DNA from: an uncultured Candidatus Rokubacteria bacterium
GTDB lineage: Bacteria > Methylomirabilota > Methylomirabilia > Rokubacteriales > CSP1-6
Length of the DNA stretch: 64,000 bases
Direction: 5' to 3'
Assembly (NCBI GenBank): GCA_963762145.1
Contig: CAVXJS010000015.1
Coordinates: forward strand, 320,001-384,000
The notes beneath the pieces were generated by a model, which did no database searches, was not told the DNA's origin, and saw nothing but the letters and a program-made list of their open reading frames with translations. Both the position numbers and the translations under genes were made by a program. Each line of letters starts with the position of its first letter. Position 1 is the first letter of the stretch. Positions 20,834 through 30,456 of the stretch are shown here, piece after piece.

Positions 20834-21765
20834 CTATTCGATTGCGGTGTCCAGCGCCCGCAGGCTCTGCCGCAGCATCGCATGAGCCTCGGCCACTGTC
20901 ACGCGGCGGAAATGGAGCCGCCCGCCCGGGCTTGACCTGGGCGATCCGGCCGATGTGGAAGGAGCAGATCGTGCCGATCTTCGTGTATCCCCCGGTGGAT
21001 TGCCGGTCGGCCAGCAGCACGATGGGCTGGCCGTCGCCGATCACCTGGATGCCGCCCAGCGCCACGCCGTCGGAGATGATGTCGTGGCCGCGGGTGTGCT
21101 CGATGATCGCGCCCCGCAGCCGTGCGCCCATGCGGTCGTTCTGGGGCAGCATCTCGTAGGGCGCCTCGAAGAGGGCGGCGACGCCCTTCGGCGTGAAGCG
21201 GTCGTCCTGCGGACCCAGCACCACCGCCAGCTCGGGGTCGGCGCCCGTAGGCGGGGACGCGGTCCGGATGCAGCCGGTGCGGCCGCGCCGCGCCCGCGGG
21301 GCCCAGCGGCAGCCGGTCGGCCTTGCGCAGCGCGCGGCCCTCGAGACCGCCCAGCCGGCCGCGCACGTAGGTCGAGCGCGAGCCCAGCACCGGCGGCGTC
21401 TGGATGCCGCCCGCGATGGCCACGTAGGCGCGCACGCCGCTGCGCGCGGGGCCGAGCTTCAGCACGTCGCCCGCGTGCACGCGCAGCCCCTGCCAGGCGG
21501 GCACCGGGGCCCCGTTGACGGTGGGCGCCATGTCGGCGCCGGTGATCGCGACCAGGCGGTCGTCGGTGAACTCCACCCGCGGGCCGATCAGCGTGCACTC
21601 GAGCCCGGCCGCGGTGTCCGGATTGGCGATCAGGCGGTTGGCGAGGAGGAAGGCCTCGCGGTCCATCGGCCCCGAGGCCGGGATGCCCACGCGGAGATGG
21701 CCGGGCCGGCCCAGATCCTGGATGGTGGTGAGCGGGCCCGCGTCCTGGACGAGCAGGTCGCTCAT
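20834..21765 (-). CDS. pxpC: 5-oxoprolinase subunit C (KipA/AHS2), indels
   Basis: GPLTTIQDLGRPG, GVRAYVAIAGG, LGSRSTY, DRMGARL, GQPIVLLADRQSTGGYTKIG. Confidence 0.9.
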
Positions 21766-22509
21766 GACGTCGGTGGAGGGCCGGGATCCGGGGCACGTAG
21801 CGGCCGGCGTCCACCAGCGGCCGCGATCGCGTCGTACTCGGCGCGGTCGACCGGGCGGAAGCGCACGTGGTCGCCCGCGCGGAGCAGGATCGGATCCGGC
21901 GCGGTCGGATCGTAGATGCGGCACCGGCGTGCGGCCGAGCACCCAGAAGCCGCCCGGGCTCTCCACCGAGTAGATGCAGCACTGCACGCCGCCGATGCTC
22001 ACGCTGCCGGGAGGCGTCTTCACGCGCGGGTTCGTCAGGCGCGGGATCGTCAGGCGCTCGGGCATGCCGGTCATGTACGGGAGCCCGGGGGTGAAGCCGA
22101 CGAAGTAGACGTAGTAGTCGGCCTCCGCGTGCAGGCGTGCCATCTCGTCGGGGGCGAGCCCGAGCTTGGCCGCGGCCGCCTCCAGCTCGAAGCCCAGCTC
22201 GCCGCCGTAGCAGCACGGCAGCTCCACGGTGCGGACCGGCGGCAGCACCTCGGGACGCGCCTCGGCCAGCGAGCGCGCGCAGCGTGGCGGTCAGCTCCTC
22301 GTAGCCGACCACCAGCGGGTCGTAGTAGACGAGCAGGGCGCGGTAGCTGGGAACCGTCTCGCCGACACCCGGGCACGCGCTTCTGCTGCGAGCAGGTACT
22401 CGAGCGCCAGGATGCGGGCGTTGATGTCCCGGGTGATCTCGTCGCCCAGCTCGACCGAGAGGGCGCGATCCCCGCAGGCGAGGAACCGCGGCTCGGACCA
22501 GATCGTCAC
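21762..22509 (-). CDS. pxpB: 5-oxoprolinase subunit B (KipI/AHS1), indels
   Basis: GDRALSVELG, VELPCCYGGE, VYFVGFTPGLPY, PGSVSIGG, SPGGFWVLGRTP. Confidence 0.9.
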
Positions 22510-22522
22510 CGGGCGGGAGGGA

Positions 22523-23312
22523 TCAGATTGCGGCGAGCGTGTGGTTCGGCAGATCGGTGATGAACATGTGCCCCGGGCTGTGGGTGATCATGAACGCGGG
22601 CTTCGAGGCCAGCGCCACCGCCTGCGGCGTCACCCCGCAGGCCCAGAACACCGGCACCTCGCCCGCGCGAACGCCCACCGAGTCGCCCCAGTCGGGCTTG
22701 TCGACGTCGGCGATGCCGAGGGCCGCCGGGTCGCCGATGTGCACGGGGGCGCCGTGGGCGCCGGGGAAGCGCGCCGAGGCGGTCACCGCCTTCGAGACGA
22801 GCCCGGTCGGGATCGGCCGCATCGAGACGACCATGGGCCCGTGGAACTGGCCGGCGGGCCGGCACGCCACGGAGGTCTTCCACATCGCCACGTTCTTGCC
22901 CTCGTCGATGTGGCGCATCGGGATGCCGGCGTCGAGCAGCGCCCACTCGAAGGTGAACGAGCAGCCGAGCAGGAAGGCGACCGAGGTCGTCGCGCCAGAA
23001 CGGGGTCACGTCGGTGACCTCGTCGGCGAGCACGCCGTCCTTGTAGATGCGGTACCGGGGAATGTCCGTGCGCAGGTCGGCCCCCGGGGCCACCCCCACC
23101 GGCTCGGGCGAGCCCACGTCGGTCACCTCGATCAGGGGGCAGGGCCGCGGGTTGCGCTGGCAGAAGAGCAGGAAGTCGTACGCCTGCTCCTTCGGCAGCA
23201 CCGCGAGGTTGGCCTGCACGAAGCCGGGCGCGAGCCCGGCGGTCACGCTCCTGAGCCGCCCGGCCCGGATGTCGGCCCGGATCTCCTTCGGATGGCGCGC
23301 GTCGATCGGCAT
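22523..23312 (-). CDS. Putative hydro-lyase / D-glutamate cyclase family (DUF1445, YcsI-like), indel ~22985
   Basis: [71 protein letters not shown]. Confidence 0.92.
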
Positions 23313-23336
23313 CGGTGGTGTCTCCCGTCGTCCAGT

Positions 23337-24317
23337 CTACTTGAGGTGCGCGAGCCGGGGCCAGAGATCGGCGTTGGCGAGCACGTGCGGCTTCTCCCCG
23401 CGCAGCACGCGGAGCATCTCGGCGGTCACCTGCAGCGCCATCCCGCGCATCGTCTCCCGCGTCACTCCCGCGATGTGGGGCGAGACGATCACGTTCTCGA
23501 GCTGGAAGAGCCGGTTGTCGGAGGACGCGGGCTCCTCCTCGAAGACGTCGATGCCCGCCGCGCGGATCTTGCCGCTCTCGAGCCCGGCGACGAGCGCGTC
23601 CTCGTCCTGGGTCTTGCCCCGGGAGGTATTCACGAAGATCACGCCGTCCTTCATCTGGGCCACCGCGGCGGCGTCGATCATGTGATGCGATTCCTTGGTG
23701 TGCGGCGTGTGGCACGTCACCACGTCGGCCTGGCGCAGCACCGAGGCCATGTCGGGCATCGGCTCGACCCCGCGGTTGCGCACCTCGTCCGCGGGCACGT
23801 ACTTGTCGTAGCCGATCACCCGCATGCCGAGGGCGGCCGCGGTCCGGGCCACCCGCCGGCCGATGTTGCCGACGCCGATGATGCCGAGCGTCTTGCCGTT
23901 CATCTCGAGCATGCCTTCCCAGCGGGCCTTGCCCCAGTCGGCCTTCCGCGTGCGCTGGTCCACCACCACCGCCTGCTTGGCGCACGCCAGCATGAGCATG
24001 ATCGCGTGCTCGGCCACCGAGTTCGAGTTGGAGCCGGGCGCGTGCACCACCGCGACCCCGAGGTCGGTGGCGGCGGGCAGGTCCACGATGTCGAGGCCGA
24101 CGCCGTGGCGTCCGACCACCTTCAGCTTCGGGCAGGCAGCCATCAAGCTCCGGGTGCAATCCGGCTTGAGCCGGAACAGGATGCCCTCGGCCTCCTTGGC
24201 CGCCTCGATCATGCCGGCCTCGGTCTCGGCGTTGGTGACGACGACCCGGGCTTCCGCCTCCAGTTGCTTCATCCCATCCGCGTGGATGGGCCCACCGAGC
24301 ACCACGAGCGGTTTCAT
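23337..24317 (-). CDS. D-isomer 2-hydroxyacid dehydrogenase (SerA-like, no ACT domain)
   Basis: GRHGVGLD, SVAEHA, GIIGVGNIG, VNTSRG, GIDVFEEEP, SPHIAG. Confidence 0.92.
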   Translation of the reverse strand: MKPLVVLGGPIHADGMKQLEAEARVVVTNAETEAGMIEAAKEAEGILFRLKPDCTRSLMAACPKLKVVGRHGVGLDIVDLPAATDLGVAVVHAPGSNSNSVAEHAIMLMLACAKQAVVVDQRTRKADWGKARWEGMLEMNGKTLGIIGVGNIGRRVARTAAALGMRVIGYDKYVPADEVRNRGVEPMPDMASVLRQADVVTCHTPHTKESHHMIDAAAVAQMKDGVIFVNTSRGKTQDEDALVAGLESGKIRAAGIDVFEEEPASSDNRLFQLENVIVSPHIAGVTRETMRGMALQVTAEMLRVLRGEKPHVLANADLWPRLAHLK

Positions 24318-24324
24318 GGCGCGC

Positions 24325-24330
24325 ATTATA
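24325..24330 (-). promoter_or_regulatory. sigma70 -10 box, probable leaderless transcript
   Basis: Perfect TATAAT 7 nt upstream of the ATG at 24317; no SD. Confidence 0.55.
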
Positions 24331-24333
24331 ACC

Positions 24334-24348
24334 TGGCACGGACGTTGC
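24334..24348 (+). promoter_or_regulatory. sigma54 promoter of udgX
   Basis: CTGGCACGGACGTTGC matches YTGGCACG-N4-TTGC. Confidence 0.8.
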
Positions 24349-24374
24349 CGGGGATCATGAGCCGGAGCCCATTC

Positions 24375-25025
24375 ATGGACCCGAAGCGCCTCGCGCCGAC
24401 GCTCGACGCCTTGCGCCGCCGTGCCGCCGATTGCACGGCGTGCGACCTCTACAAGCGCGCCACCCAGACCGTCTTCGGCGAGGGACCGGCACGCGCGCCC
24501 ATCGTGATCGTGGGTGAGCAGCCCGGGAACGAGGAAGACCTCGCGGGCCGGCCGTTCGTGGGACCGGCCGGGCGTCTCCTCGACCAGGCCCTGGCCGAGG
24601 CCGAGCTCGACCGCCGGCGGGTCTACGTCACGAACGCGGTCAAGCACTTCAAGTGGAAGGCGACGTCCGGTGGCAAGCGCCGCATTCACGAGCGCCCGCG
24701 CCCGGAGGAGGTGGAGGCGTGCCACCCGTGGTTCGAGCAGGAGCTCTGGCTGATCCGGCCGGCGGTCCTGATCTGTCTGGGCGTGACCGCCGCCCAGGCC
24801 GTGCTCCGGCGTCGCGTCACCATCCGGGACGCGCGCGGGCACGCTCTCGTGTCACCGCAGGGCATCCCCACCTTCGTCACCATCCATCCCTCGGCGATCC
24901 TGCGGGTCCCGGACCGTGACTCACGCGAGGCCGAGCTTCACCGGCTGGCGAGTGATCTGCGACGCGCCGCCGCCCGCGCCCGGAACCGACGCGTTTTGCG
25001 CGCCGTGGAAGAAACGACCCGGTAG
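24375..25025 (+). CDS. udgX: UdgX family uracil-DNA binding protein
   Basis: CTACDL Fe-S motif, GEQPG, YVTNAVKHFKW, diagnostic KRRIH loop, TIHPSAILR. Confidence 0.92.
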   Translation: MDPKRLAPTLDALRRRAADCTACDLYKRATQTVFGEGPARAPIVIVGEQPGNEEDLAGRPFVGPAGRLLDQALAEAELDRRRVYVTNAVKHFKWKATSGGKRRIHERPRPEEVEACHPWFEQELWLIRPAVLICLGVTAAQAVLRRRVTIRDARGHALVSPQGIPTFVTIHPSAILRVPDRDSREAELHRLASDLRRAAARARNRRVLRAVEETTR

Positions 25026-25118
25026 AAGTTCCTGTCGGCTCCGGCGCCCGCGAGGGCGCGGCGGCACCCGAGGCGGCGAAACATTGAGGTTCACGCGCGG
25101 CCCCGCCCGTCCTCCCGC

Positions 25119-25134
25119 TGGCACGTCGCTTGAA
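25119..25134 (+). promoter_or_regulatory. sigma54-like promoter of nucleotidyltransferase gene
   Basis: CTGGCACGTCGCTTGAA: perfect -24 box, -12 box is TTGA instead of TTGC. Confidence 0.6.
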
Positions 25135-25205
25135 CTCTCGGCGCGGCCACGCATTCAACGAGCCACTCGAAAACGACCGAGCCCGAGCGGGCCGGAGGAG
25201 CCGGC

Positions 25206-26195
25206 ATGAAGGAAGAGACGGCACTGGCAGATGGGCAGGAGGACGGACAGGTATCCCCGCGGCCGGAAGCACAGCACTGCTGGGCGGTGATCCTGGCCGG
25301 AGGCGAAGGCATGCGCCTTCGCCCGCTGGTCCGCCAGGTATGCGGCGCCGATCGGCCGAAGCAGTACGTGCGCCTCCTCGGCCCACGCACCCTGCTCGGC
25401 CAGACCCTGGACCGGGTCTCGCTCGCCTTACCGGAGGAGCGGACCCTGGTCGTCACCGTGCGGCGACATGCCGGTTACATCGCCGAGGAGTTCTCCAACG
25501 GCTCTCGCCCTCGCATCCTGGCTCAGCCGCTCGATCGGGGTACCGCCGCCGGCGTGCTCTACCCCGCGCACTGGATTGCGTGGCGGAACCCGGAGGCGAC
25601 GGTGGCCATCTTCCCGTCCGATCACTTCTTGCTCGGCGACGCGGCCTTCATGGCCCACGTTGCGGAAGTGACCGGCTGGGTCGAGAAGAATCCGGAGCGG
25701 CTCGTCCTGCTCGGCGCGCAGCCGACGTCGCCCGAAGTGGAGTATGGGTGGATCGAGCCCGACGGGGTGCTGGGGGATCTGTCCACCGGCGCGGTCCGGG
25801 GCGTCCGGCAGTTCTGGGAGAAGCCGTCGGTCGCGCGCGCCCGCGCGTGCCTGGCGGCCGGACACCTGTGGAACACGTCGGTCCTGGTCGGCAAGGTGGC
25901 CACATTGCTGCAGATCGGCTGGCAGGCGCTTCCCGAGCTGAGCGATCGGCTCGCCCACATCGAGCCGTTCGTGGGCACGAGCGACGAGGCCGAAGCGGTC
26001 CGTCAAGCCTACGAGCTGATGCCCCGAGCCAACTTCTCGAAGAACGTCCTGGAAGTGTGCCCGGATGCCCTCGCGGTGTCGCGACTACCGCGCGTCGTGT
26101 GGTCCGATCTGGGCAGTCCCCACCGGGTCATGGAGGCGGTCACCCGGATGCGGATTCGCCCGGAGTGGGCCGAAACCCTGGCGCCGTCGGCCTGA
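25206..26195 (+). CDS. Sugar-phosphate nucleotidyltransferase (mannose-1-phosphate guanylyltransferase-like, no PMI domain)
   Basis: ILAGGEGMRL, PKQY, QPLDRGTA, FPSDH, EYGWIEP, FWEKP, WSDLGS. Confidence 0.88.
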   Translation: MKEETALADGQEDGQVSPRPEAQHCWAVILAGGEGMRLRPLVRQVCGADRPKQYVRLLGPRTLLGQTLDRVSLALPEERTLVVTVRRHAGYIAEEFSNGSRPRILAQPLDRGTAAGVLYPAHWIAWRNPEATVAIFPSDHFLLGDAAFMAHVAEVTGWVEKNPERLVLLGAQPTSPEVEYGWIEPDGVLGDLSTGAVRGVRQFWEKPSVARARACLAAGHLWNTSVLVGKVATLLQIGWQALPELSDRLAHIEPFVGTSDEAEAVRQAYELMPRANFSKNVLEVCPDALAVSRLPRVVWSDLGSPHRVMEAVTRMRIRPEWAETLAPSA

Positions 26196-26217
26196 GCCGT
26201 GCGTCGCCTCGGCCGAT

Positions 26218-26490
26218 TCAGGCCGAGGCGACGACCCGGGGCACCGGGCGGAGCGGCGGGGACGTCGTCAGCGTGATGTGAAGCTCGCAGTAGTCCTGGA
26301 GCAGCTCGGGACTCTGCTCCCGGATCTCGGCCAGCACCGACTCCGCGCCCTTGCCGGTGCGAAGCTGTGTCGCAGCGCGGGCCAGGATCTGCTGGCGACG
26401 CGCCAGCTCATGCTGGGTCTCCGAGATCTCGGCCATGCGCCGGGTGACCTCCGTCAGGAGCGACTCGTCAAGCTCTCGCCGAAGCGCCAT
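26218..26490 (-). CDS. Small helical hypothetical protein (90 aa)
   Basis: Strong SD (GAGAGGAG), own sigma54 promoter, coiled-coil-like LLTEVTRRMAEISETQHELARRQQILARAA. Confidence 0.7.
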   Translation of the reverse strand: MALRRELDESLLTEVTRRMAEISETQHELARRQQILARAATQLRTGKGAESVLAEIREQSPELLQDYCELHITLTTSPPLRPVPRVVASA

Positions 26491-26537
26491 CGTCGTGGTG
26501 TCTCCTCTCGTAGATGCGCAGCACTCGTGGCAGTCAA

Positions 26538-26553
26538 AGCAACTCGGTTGCCA
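26538..26553 (-). promoter_or_regulatory. sigma54 promoter of the small hypothetical gene
   Basis: Minus strand TGGCAACCGAGTTGCT (GG-N10-GC). Confidence 0.7.
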
Positions 26554-26760
26554 CCTCGGTAAACACTGCCACGACCCTATTTGCGATCCGGGCCGAGCCG
26601 GCCTGCGCCAGAAGTGTCCAAGGGTTACCGGGTAGGAACTTCCGGGCATGACGGGCCGAGGAAGAAGAGCGGGTCGTTCTTACCGCGCCACGATGCCGTC
26701 AGCCCTCTGTCGCGGCCGGGACTCTCATACAAATCCCACACATCGAGCTCCGGAAGTCCG

Positions 26761-26775
26761 GGCACGGCAATTGCT
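26761..26775 (+). promoter_or_regulatory. sigma54 promoter of the NtrC-type regulator
   Basis: GGCACGGCAATTGCT (GG-N10-GC, CACG, TTGCT). Confidence 0.75.
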
Positions 26776-26801
26776 CCCAAAGTCGGCATGAGCGATTGGC
26801 G

Positions 26802-28202
26802 ATGGCGGTGAAACCTCAGATCCTGATCGTCGACGACGAGGAAGATTCGCGCGCCGCGCTCGAGACCCTGCTCGGCACGTGGGGCTACGCGACGGACGTC
26901 GCGTCCCAGGGACGGGAAGCGCTCGACAAAGCGCCGAACATGCGCCCCTCGCTCGTCATCACCGATCTCATGATGCCGGACATGGACGGCCTGACCCTCC
27001 TGAGCGCGCTGCAGCAGGAGATGCCGAGGGTGCCGGTCATCATCCTCACCGGGCGGGCGACGGTCGATACAGCGGTGGGCGCGATGCGACAGGGCGCCTA
27101 CGACTACCTGACGAAGCCGGTGGATCTGGACCGGCTCCGGCTGCTGATCGAGAAGGCCCTCGACCGGGCCAGAACCCTGGACGAGATCACGATCCTGCGG
27201 CGACGCGTGAAGGACGTCTGGGGCATGGGTCGGCTGATCGGCCGCAGCGGGCCCATGCAGGATGTCCACCGCCTGATCGAGCAGGCCGCGGCCACCGCCG
27301 CGCCGGTGCTGATCCACGGGGAGACCGGCACCGGCAAGGAACTGGTGGCCCGCACGCTGCACGAGCTGTCGGGGCGCGCGGCCGGTCCCTTCGTGGCGGT
27401 CAACTGCGCGGCCATGCCGGAGACGCTGCTCGAGAGCGAGATCTTCGGCCACGAGCGGGGCGCCTTCACGGACGCGCGCGATCGGCGCGAGGGCTGTTTC
27501 GAGCTGGCCCACGGCGGCACCCTCCTGCTCGACGAGGTCGCCGAGATGGCCCCCGGGACCCAGGCCAAGTTCCTCCGCGTGCTCGAGGAGGGCTCGTTCC
27601 GGCGCCTCGGAGGCAAGAGCGAGATCAAGGTGGACGTGCGGGTGATCGCCGCCACCAACAAGGACCCGATCGCGGCCATGAAGGACGGGGCGTTCCGCGA
27701 GGACCTGTACTACCGCCTGAACGTCTTCACTCTCGCGGTGCCTCCGCTGCGCCAGCGGATCGAGGATATTCCCTTGATCGTGACCGGCTTCATCGAGGAG
27801 TTCAACGGCAAGTACGACAAGCGGATCACCGGCGCCGACGACGGCACGCTCAAGATCCTGATGGCGCACGCCTGGCCCGGCAATGTCCGCGAGCTGCGCA
27901 ACGTGGTGGAGCGAGCCTTCATCGCCTGCGAGGGCGACGTGCTCACCCCCCGTTACCTGCCGAACACCTCGCCGGTCGCGGCCACCACCGCGTGGAGCGG
28001 CGATCCCGACGCCCTCACCGTCCCGATCGGGCTGCCCCTGCGAGAGGTCGAGAAGCAGTTCGTGCTGCGCACCCTGGCCGCCGAGAACAACAACAAGACC
28101 CGGGCCGCCGAGCGCCTCGCGATCAGCACCAAGACGCTCCACAACATGCTGCAGCGCTGGGGGCTGCTGGGCCGCACGGCCGCCTCGCGGGCAGGGTCGT
28201 GA
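26802..28202 (+). CDS. sigma54-dependent response regulator (NtrC/AtoC: REC-AAA-HTH)
   Basis: LIVDDE, ITDLMMP, GETGTGKE, ESEIFGHERGAFTDA, LLLDEV, FREDLYYRLNV, WPGNVRELRN, Fis-type HTH. Confidence 0.96.
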   Translation: MAVKPQILIVDDEEDSRAALETLLGTWGYATDVASQGREALDKAPNMRPSLVITDLMMPDMDGLTLLSALQQEMPRVPVIILTGRATVDTAVGAMRQGAYDYLTKPVDLDRLRLLIEKALDRARTLDEITILRRRVKDVWGMGRLIGRSGPMQDVHRLIEQAAATAAPVLIHGETGTGKELVARTLHELSGRAAGPFVAVNCAAMPETLLESEIFGHERGAFTDARDRREGCFELAHGGTLLLDEVAEMAPGTQAKFLRVLEEGSFRRLGGKSEIKVDVRVIAATNKDPIAAMKDGAFREDLYYRLNVFTLAVPPLRQRIEDIPLIVTGFIEEFNGKYDKRITGADDGTLKILMAHAWPGNVRELRNVVERAFIACEGDVLTPRYLPNTSPVAATTAWSGDPDALTVPIGLPLREVEKQFVLRTLAAENNNKTRAAERLAISTKTLHNMLQRWGLLGRTAASRAGS

Positions 28203-28561
28203 TCCGCGTGGAGGACCGAGCCCCCGAGGCCCATGCGAGCCCGATCCAGAAGCTTGCCGAGCTCGAGGAGGCGATCGGACGGCTTCCCGACCTGTCCGAC
28301 GAGACCCGCGCGGCCCTGACGAGCCGGGTGACGGCGCTGCAGGCGTCTCTCGAGACGGAGCACCGCGCGGATCGGGAGCAGCGGCACCAGATGAGCCACG
28401 ACCTCCGGACCCCCCTCAACGCGATCGCGGGCTGGACTCACATTCTCCGGCTCGACGCGACGACCTCCGGGACCGTCCTGCGCGCGGCGGAGGTGTTCGA
28501 CCGGAACGTGAGGATCCTGACGCGACTGATCGATACCTACACGGACGACGCGGGCCGCTAG
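28199..28561 (+). CDS. Stand-alone HisKA (DHp) domain protein
   Basis: GTG overlaps the regulator stop; 120 aa; H-box MSHDLRTPLNAIAGWTHIL and RNVRILTRLID; no HATPase domain. Confidence 0.85.
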   Translation: MIRVEDRAPEAHASPIQKLAELEEAIGRLPDLSDETRAALTSRVTALQASLETEHRADREQRHQMSHDLRTPLNAIAGWTHILRLDATTSGTVLRAAEVFDRNVRILTRLIDTYTDDAGR

Positions 28562-30456
28562 CGCGGCACCGCGGCGTCGATCACCTCCGCCAGGCGCGCC
28601 GGATCCACCGGCTTCACGAGGTGCGTGTCGAACCCCGCTTCCCGTGACCGCCGGTAGTCGTCCGGCAGGCCGTAGCCGGTGAGGGCCACCAGCCGCACCG
28701 GCCGGCCATGCTCGTCCGCCCGCACGCGCCGGGCTACCTCGTAGCCGTCGAGGCCCGGTAGCCCCACGTCGATCAGGGCGATGTCCGGTCGGACCCGGAG
28801 GATCGCCTCGACCCCGGCCGGCCCGTCCGCGGCTTCGTGCACCTCGTGCCCGGCGCGCTCGAGGAGGTACCGGAGCATGTCGCGGCTGTCCCGGGTGTCC
28901 TCGACGATGAGGATTCGCCGCGACCTCGCGTGGGGCGCGGCCGCCATCTCCGAGACCTTGGCCGGCTCGGGGACCTGGGGCAGCTCCACGACGACCGTGC
29001 TGCCGAGCCCCGGCCCCGGGCTTCGCATCTCGACTCGACCCCCGTGCTGCTCGGCGAGGCGCCGCACCAGGGTCAACCCGATGCCGAGGCCGCCTTCCGC
29101 CCGGTCGAGGGTCCGCTCGCCCTGGAAGAAGAGGTCGAAGGCCCGCTCGATCATGTGCGGCGTCATGCCGGCGCCGGTGTCCGCCACCGTGAGCCGTCCC
29201 ATGGATCCGTCGCCGCGCACCGTGACCTCGATGCGCCCGCCTCTCGGCGTGTACTTGACCGCGTTCGAGAGCAGGTTCATGACGATCTGCTCCACCCGCG
29301 ACTGATCGGCCAGGACCCAGGTGGGCTCGGCCCGCACCGTGACCGCGTGATGGGGCGCCTCGCCGGGAGGCATGAGGCCCGCGACGCATCGCTCCGCGGT
29401 CTCGGCGAGGTCCACCGGCACGCGGACCAGGTTGATCTTGCCGGTGCTGACGCGGCCCACGTCGAGCAAATCGTCCACCAGCCGGCCGAGCTGGCGGACC
29501 TGCCGGGCGATGACCTCCTGCGCCTTCAGCGCGGGCTGGTCCCGGGTCCCCTGCACGTCGAGCACGCGCACCGCGCTGCCGATCACGTCGAGCGGATTGC
29601 GCAGCTCGTGGCCGAGCATCGCAAGGAACTCGTCCTTGGCCCGGTTGGTCGCCTCCGCTTCCTCTCGCGCCTCCTGCTCGCGCGCGAAGAGGGCGGCGCG
29701 GACCTGGGCGGCCTGGCGCTCGATGGTGATGTCGCTGACGATGCACACGAGACCGGTCACCGCGTCGCCGTCGAGCACCGGATCCACGAGCAGTCGGAAC
29801 CAGCCCTGGTCCCGCTGCACGTCGAGGGTCTGCCGCCGCCGGCTCTGCTCCACCCGCGTGGTGAGGGACGGCTCGTCGCCGCCGCCCAGCTGCTGCCAGA
29901 TGTCGGCCCAGGGCCGGCCCACCAGATCGGCGGGCGCGACACCGACGAGCGCCCCGAACGCGCCGTTGCACCGCACGATCGCGCCGCCGGCGTTCAGGAG
30001 GCAGATGCCGTCGCCGATGGCGTCGAAGGTGGCCTGCCACTCGCGGTTGGCCGCCCGCAGCCCTTCCTCGGCGCGACGGAGCCGCAGCAGCGAGTGAATG
30101 GTTGCGAGCAGGACGGCGGGCTCGACCGGGTCGGTGAGGTAGCTGTCCGCGCCGCCCGCGTAGGCAAGATCCTGGGCCTTGTCGCTGACGAACGTCGCGG
30201 AGATGTGCACGATCGGCACCGTGAGGGTCTCGGGATGTGCCCGGAGCCGCCGGCAGACCTCGAACCCGTCGATGTCGGGCAGGTTCACATCCAGCAGGAT
30301 CAAGACCGGCCGGCTCTCCGCCGCGATCCGGAGCGCCTCCGCGCCGGTACCCGCCTGCAAGACCTCGAACCCCGCGCGCTTCAGCATCTCGGTGCGCGCA
30401 TATTGCGATGCTTCGTAGTCGTCCACGTTGAGGATGAGACCGCGTGACTCGGTCAC
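28558..30456 (-). CDS. Hybrid histidine kinase REC-PAS-HisKA-HATPase-REC
   Basis: ILNVDD..LLDVNLP, WQATFDAIGDG, LGHELRNPL, NLLSNAVKY, GLGIGL, LIDVGLPGLDG. Confidence 0.95.
   Translation of the reverse strand: MTESRGLILNVDDYEASQYARTEMLKRAGFEVLQAGTGAEALRIAAESRPVLILLDVNLPDIDGFEVCRRLRAHPETLTVPIVHISATFVSDKAQDLAYAGGADSYLTDPVEPAVLLATIHSLLRLRRAEEGLRAANREWQATFDAIGDGICLLNAGGAIVRCNGAFGALVGVAPADLVGRPWADIWQQLGGGDEPSLTTRVEQSRRRQTLDVQRDQGWFRLLVDPVLDGDAVTGLVCIVSDITIERQAAQVRAALFAREQEAREEAEATNRAKDEFLAMLGHELRNPLDVIGSAVRVLDVQGTRDQPALKAQEVIARQVRQLGRLVDDLLDVGRVSTGKINLVRVPVDLAETAERCVAGLMPPGEAPHHAVTVRAEPTWVLADQSRVEQIVMNLLSNAVKYTPRGGRIEVTVRGDGSMGRLTVADTGAGMTPHMIERAFDLFFQGERTLDRAEGGLGIGLTLVRRLAEQHGGRVEMRSPGPGLGSTVVVELPQVPEPAKVSEMAAAPHARSRRILIVEDTRDSRDMLRYLLERAGHEVHEAADGPAGVEAILRVRPDIALIDVGLPGLDGYEVARRVRADEHGRPVRLVALTGYGLPDDYRRSREAGFDTHLVKPVDPARLAEVIDAAVPR

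Noticed and set aside
27452-27478. GAFTDA instead of GAFTGA as a sign of a sigma54-independent activator
   Set aside because: GAFTDA is a common natural variant that keeps the key F and T residues, and sigma54 promoters flank the gene
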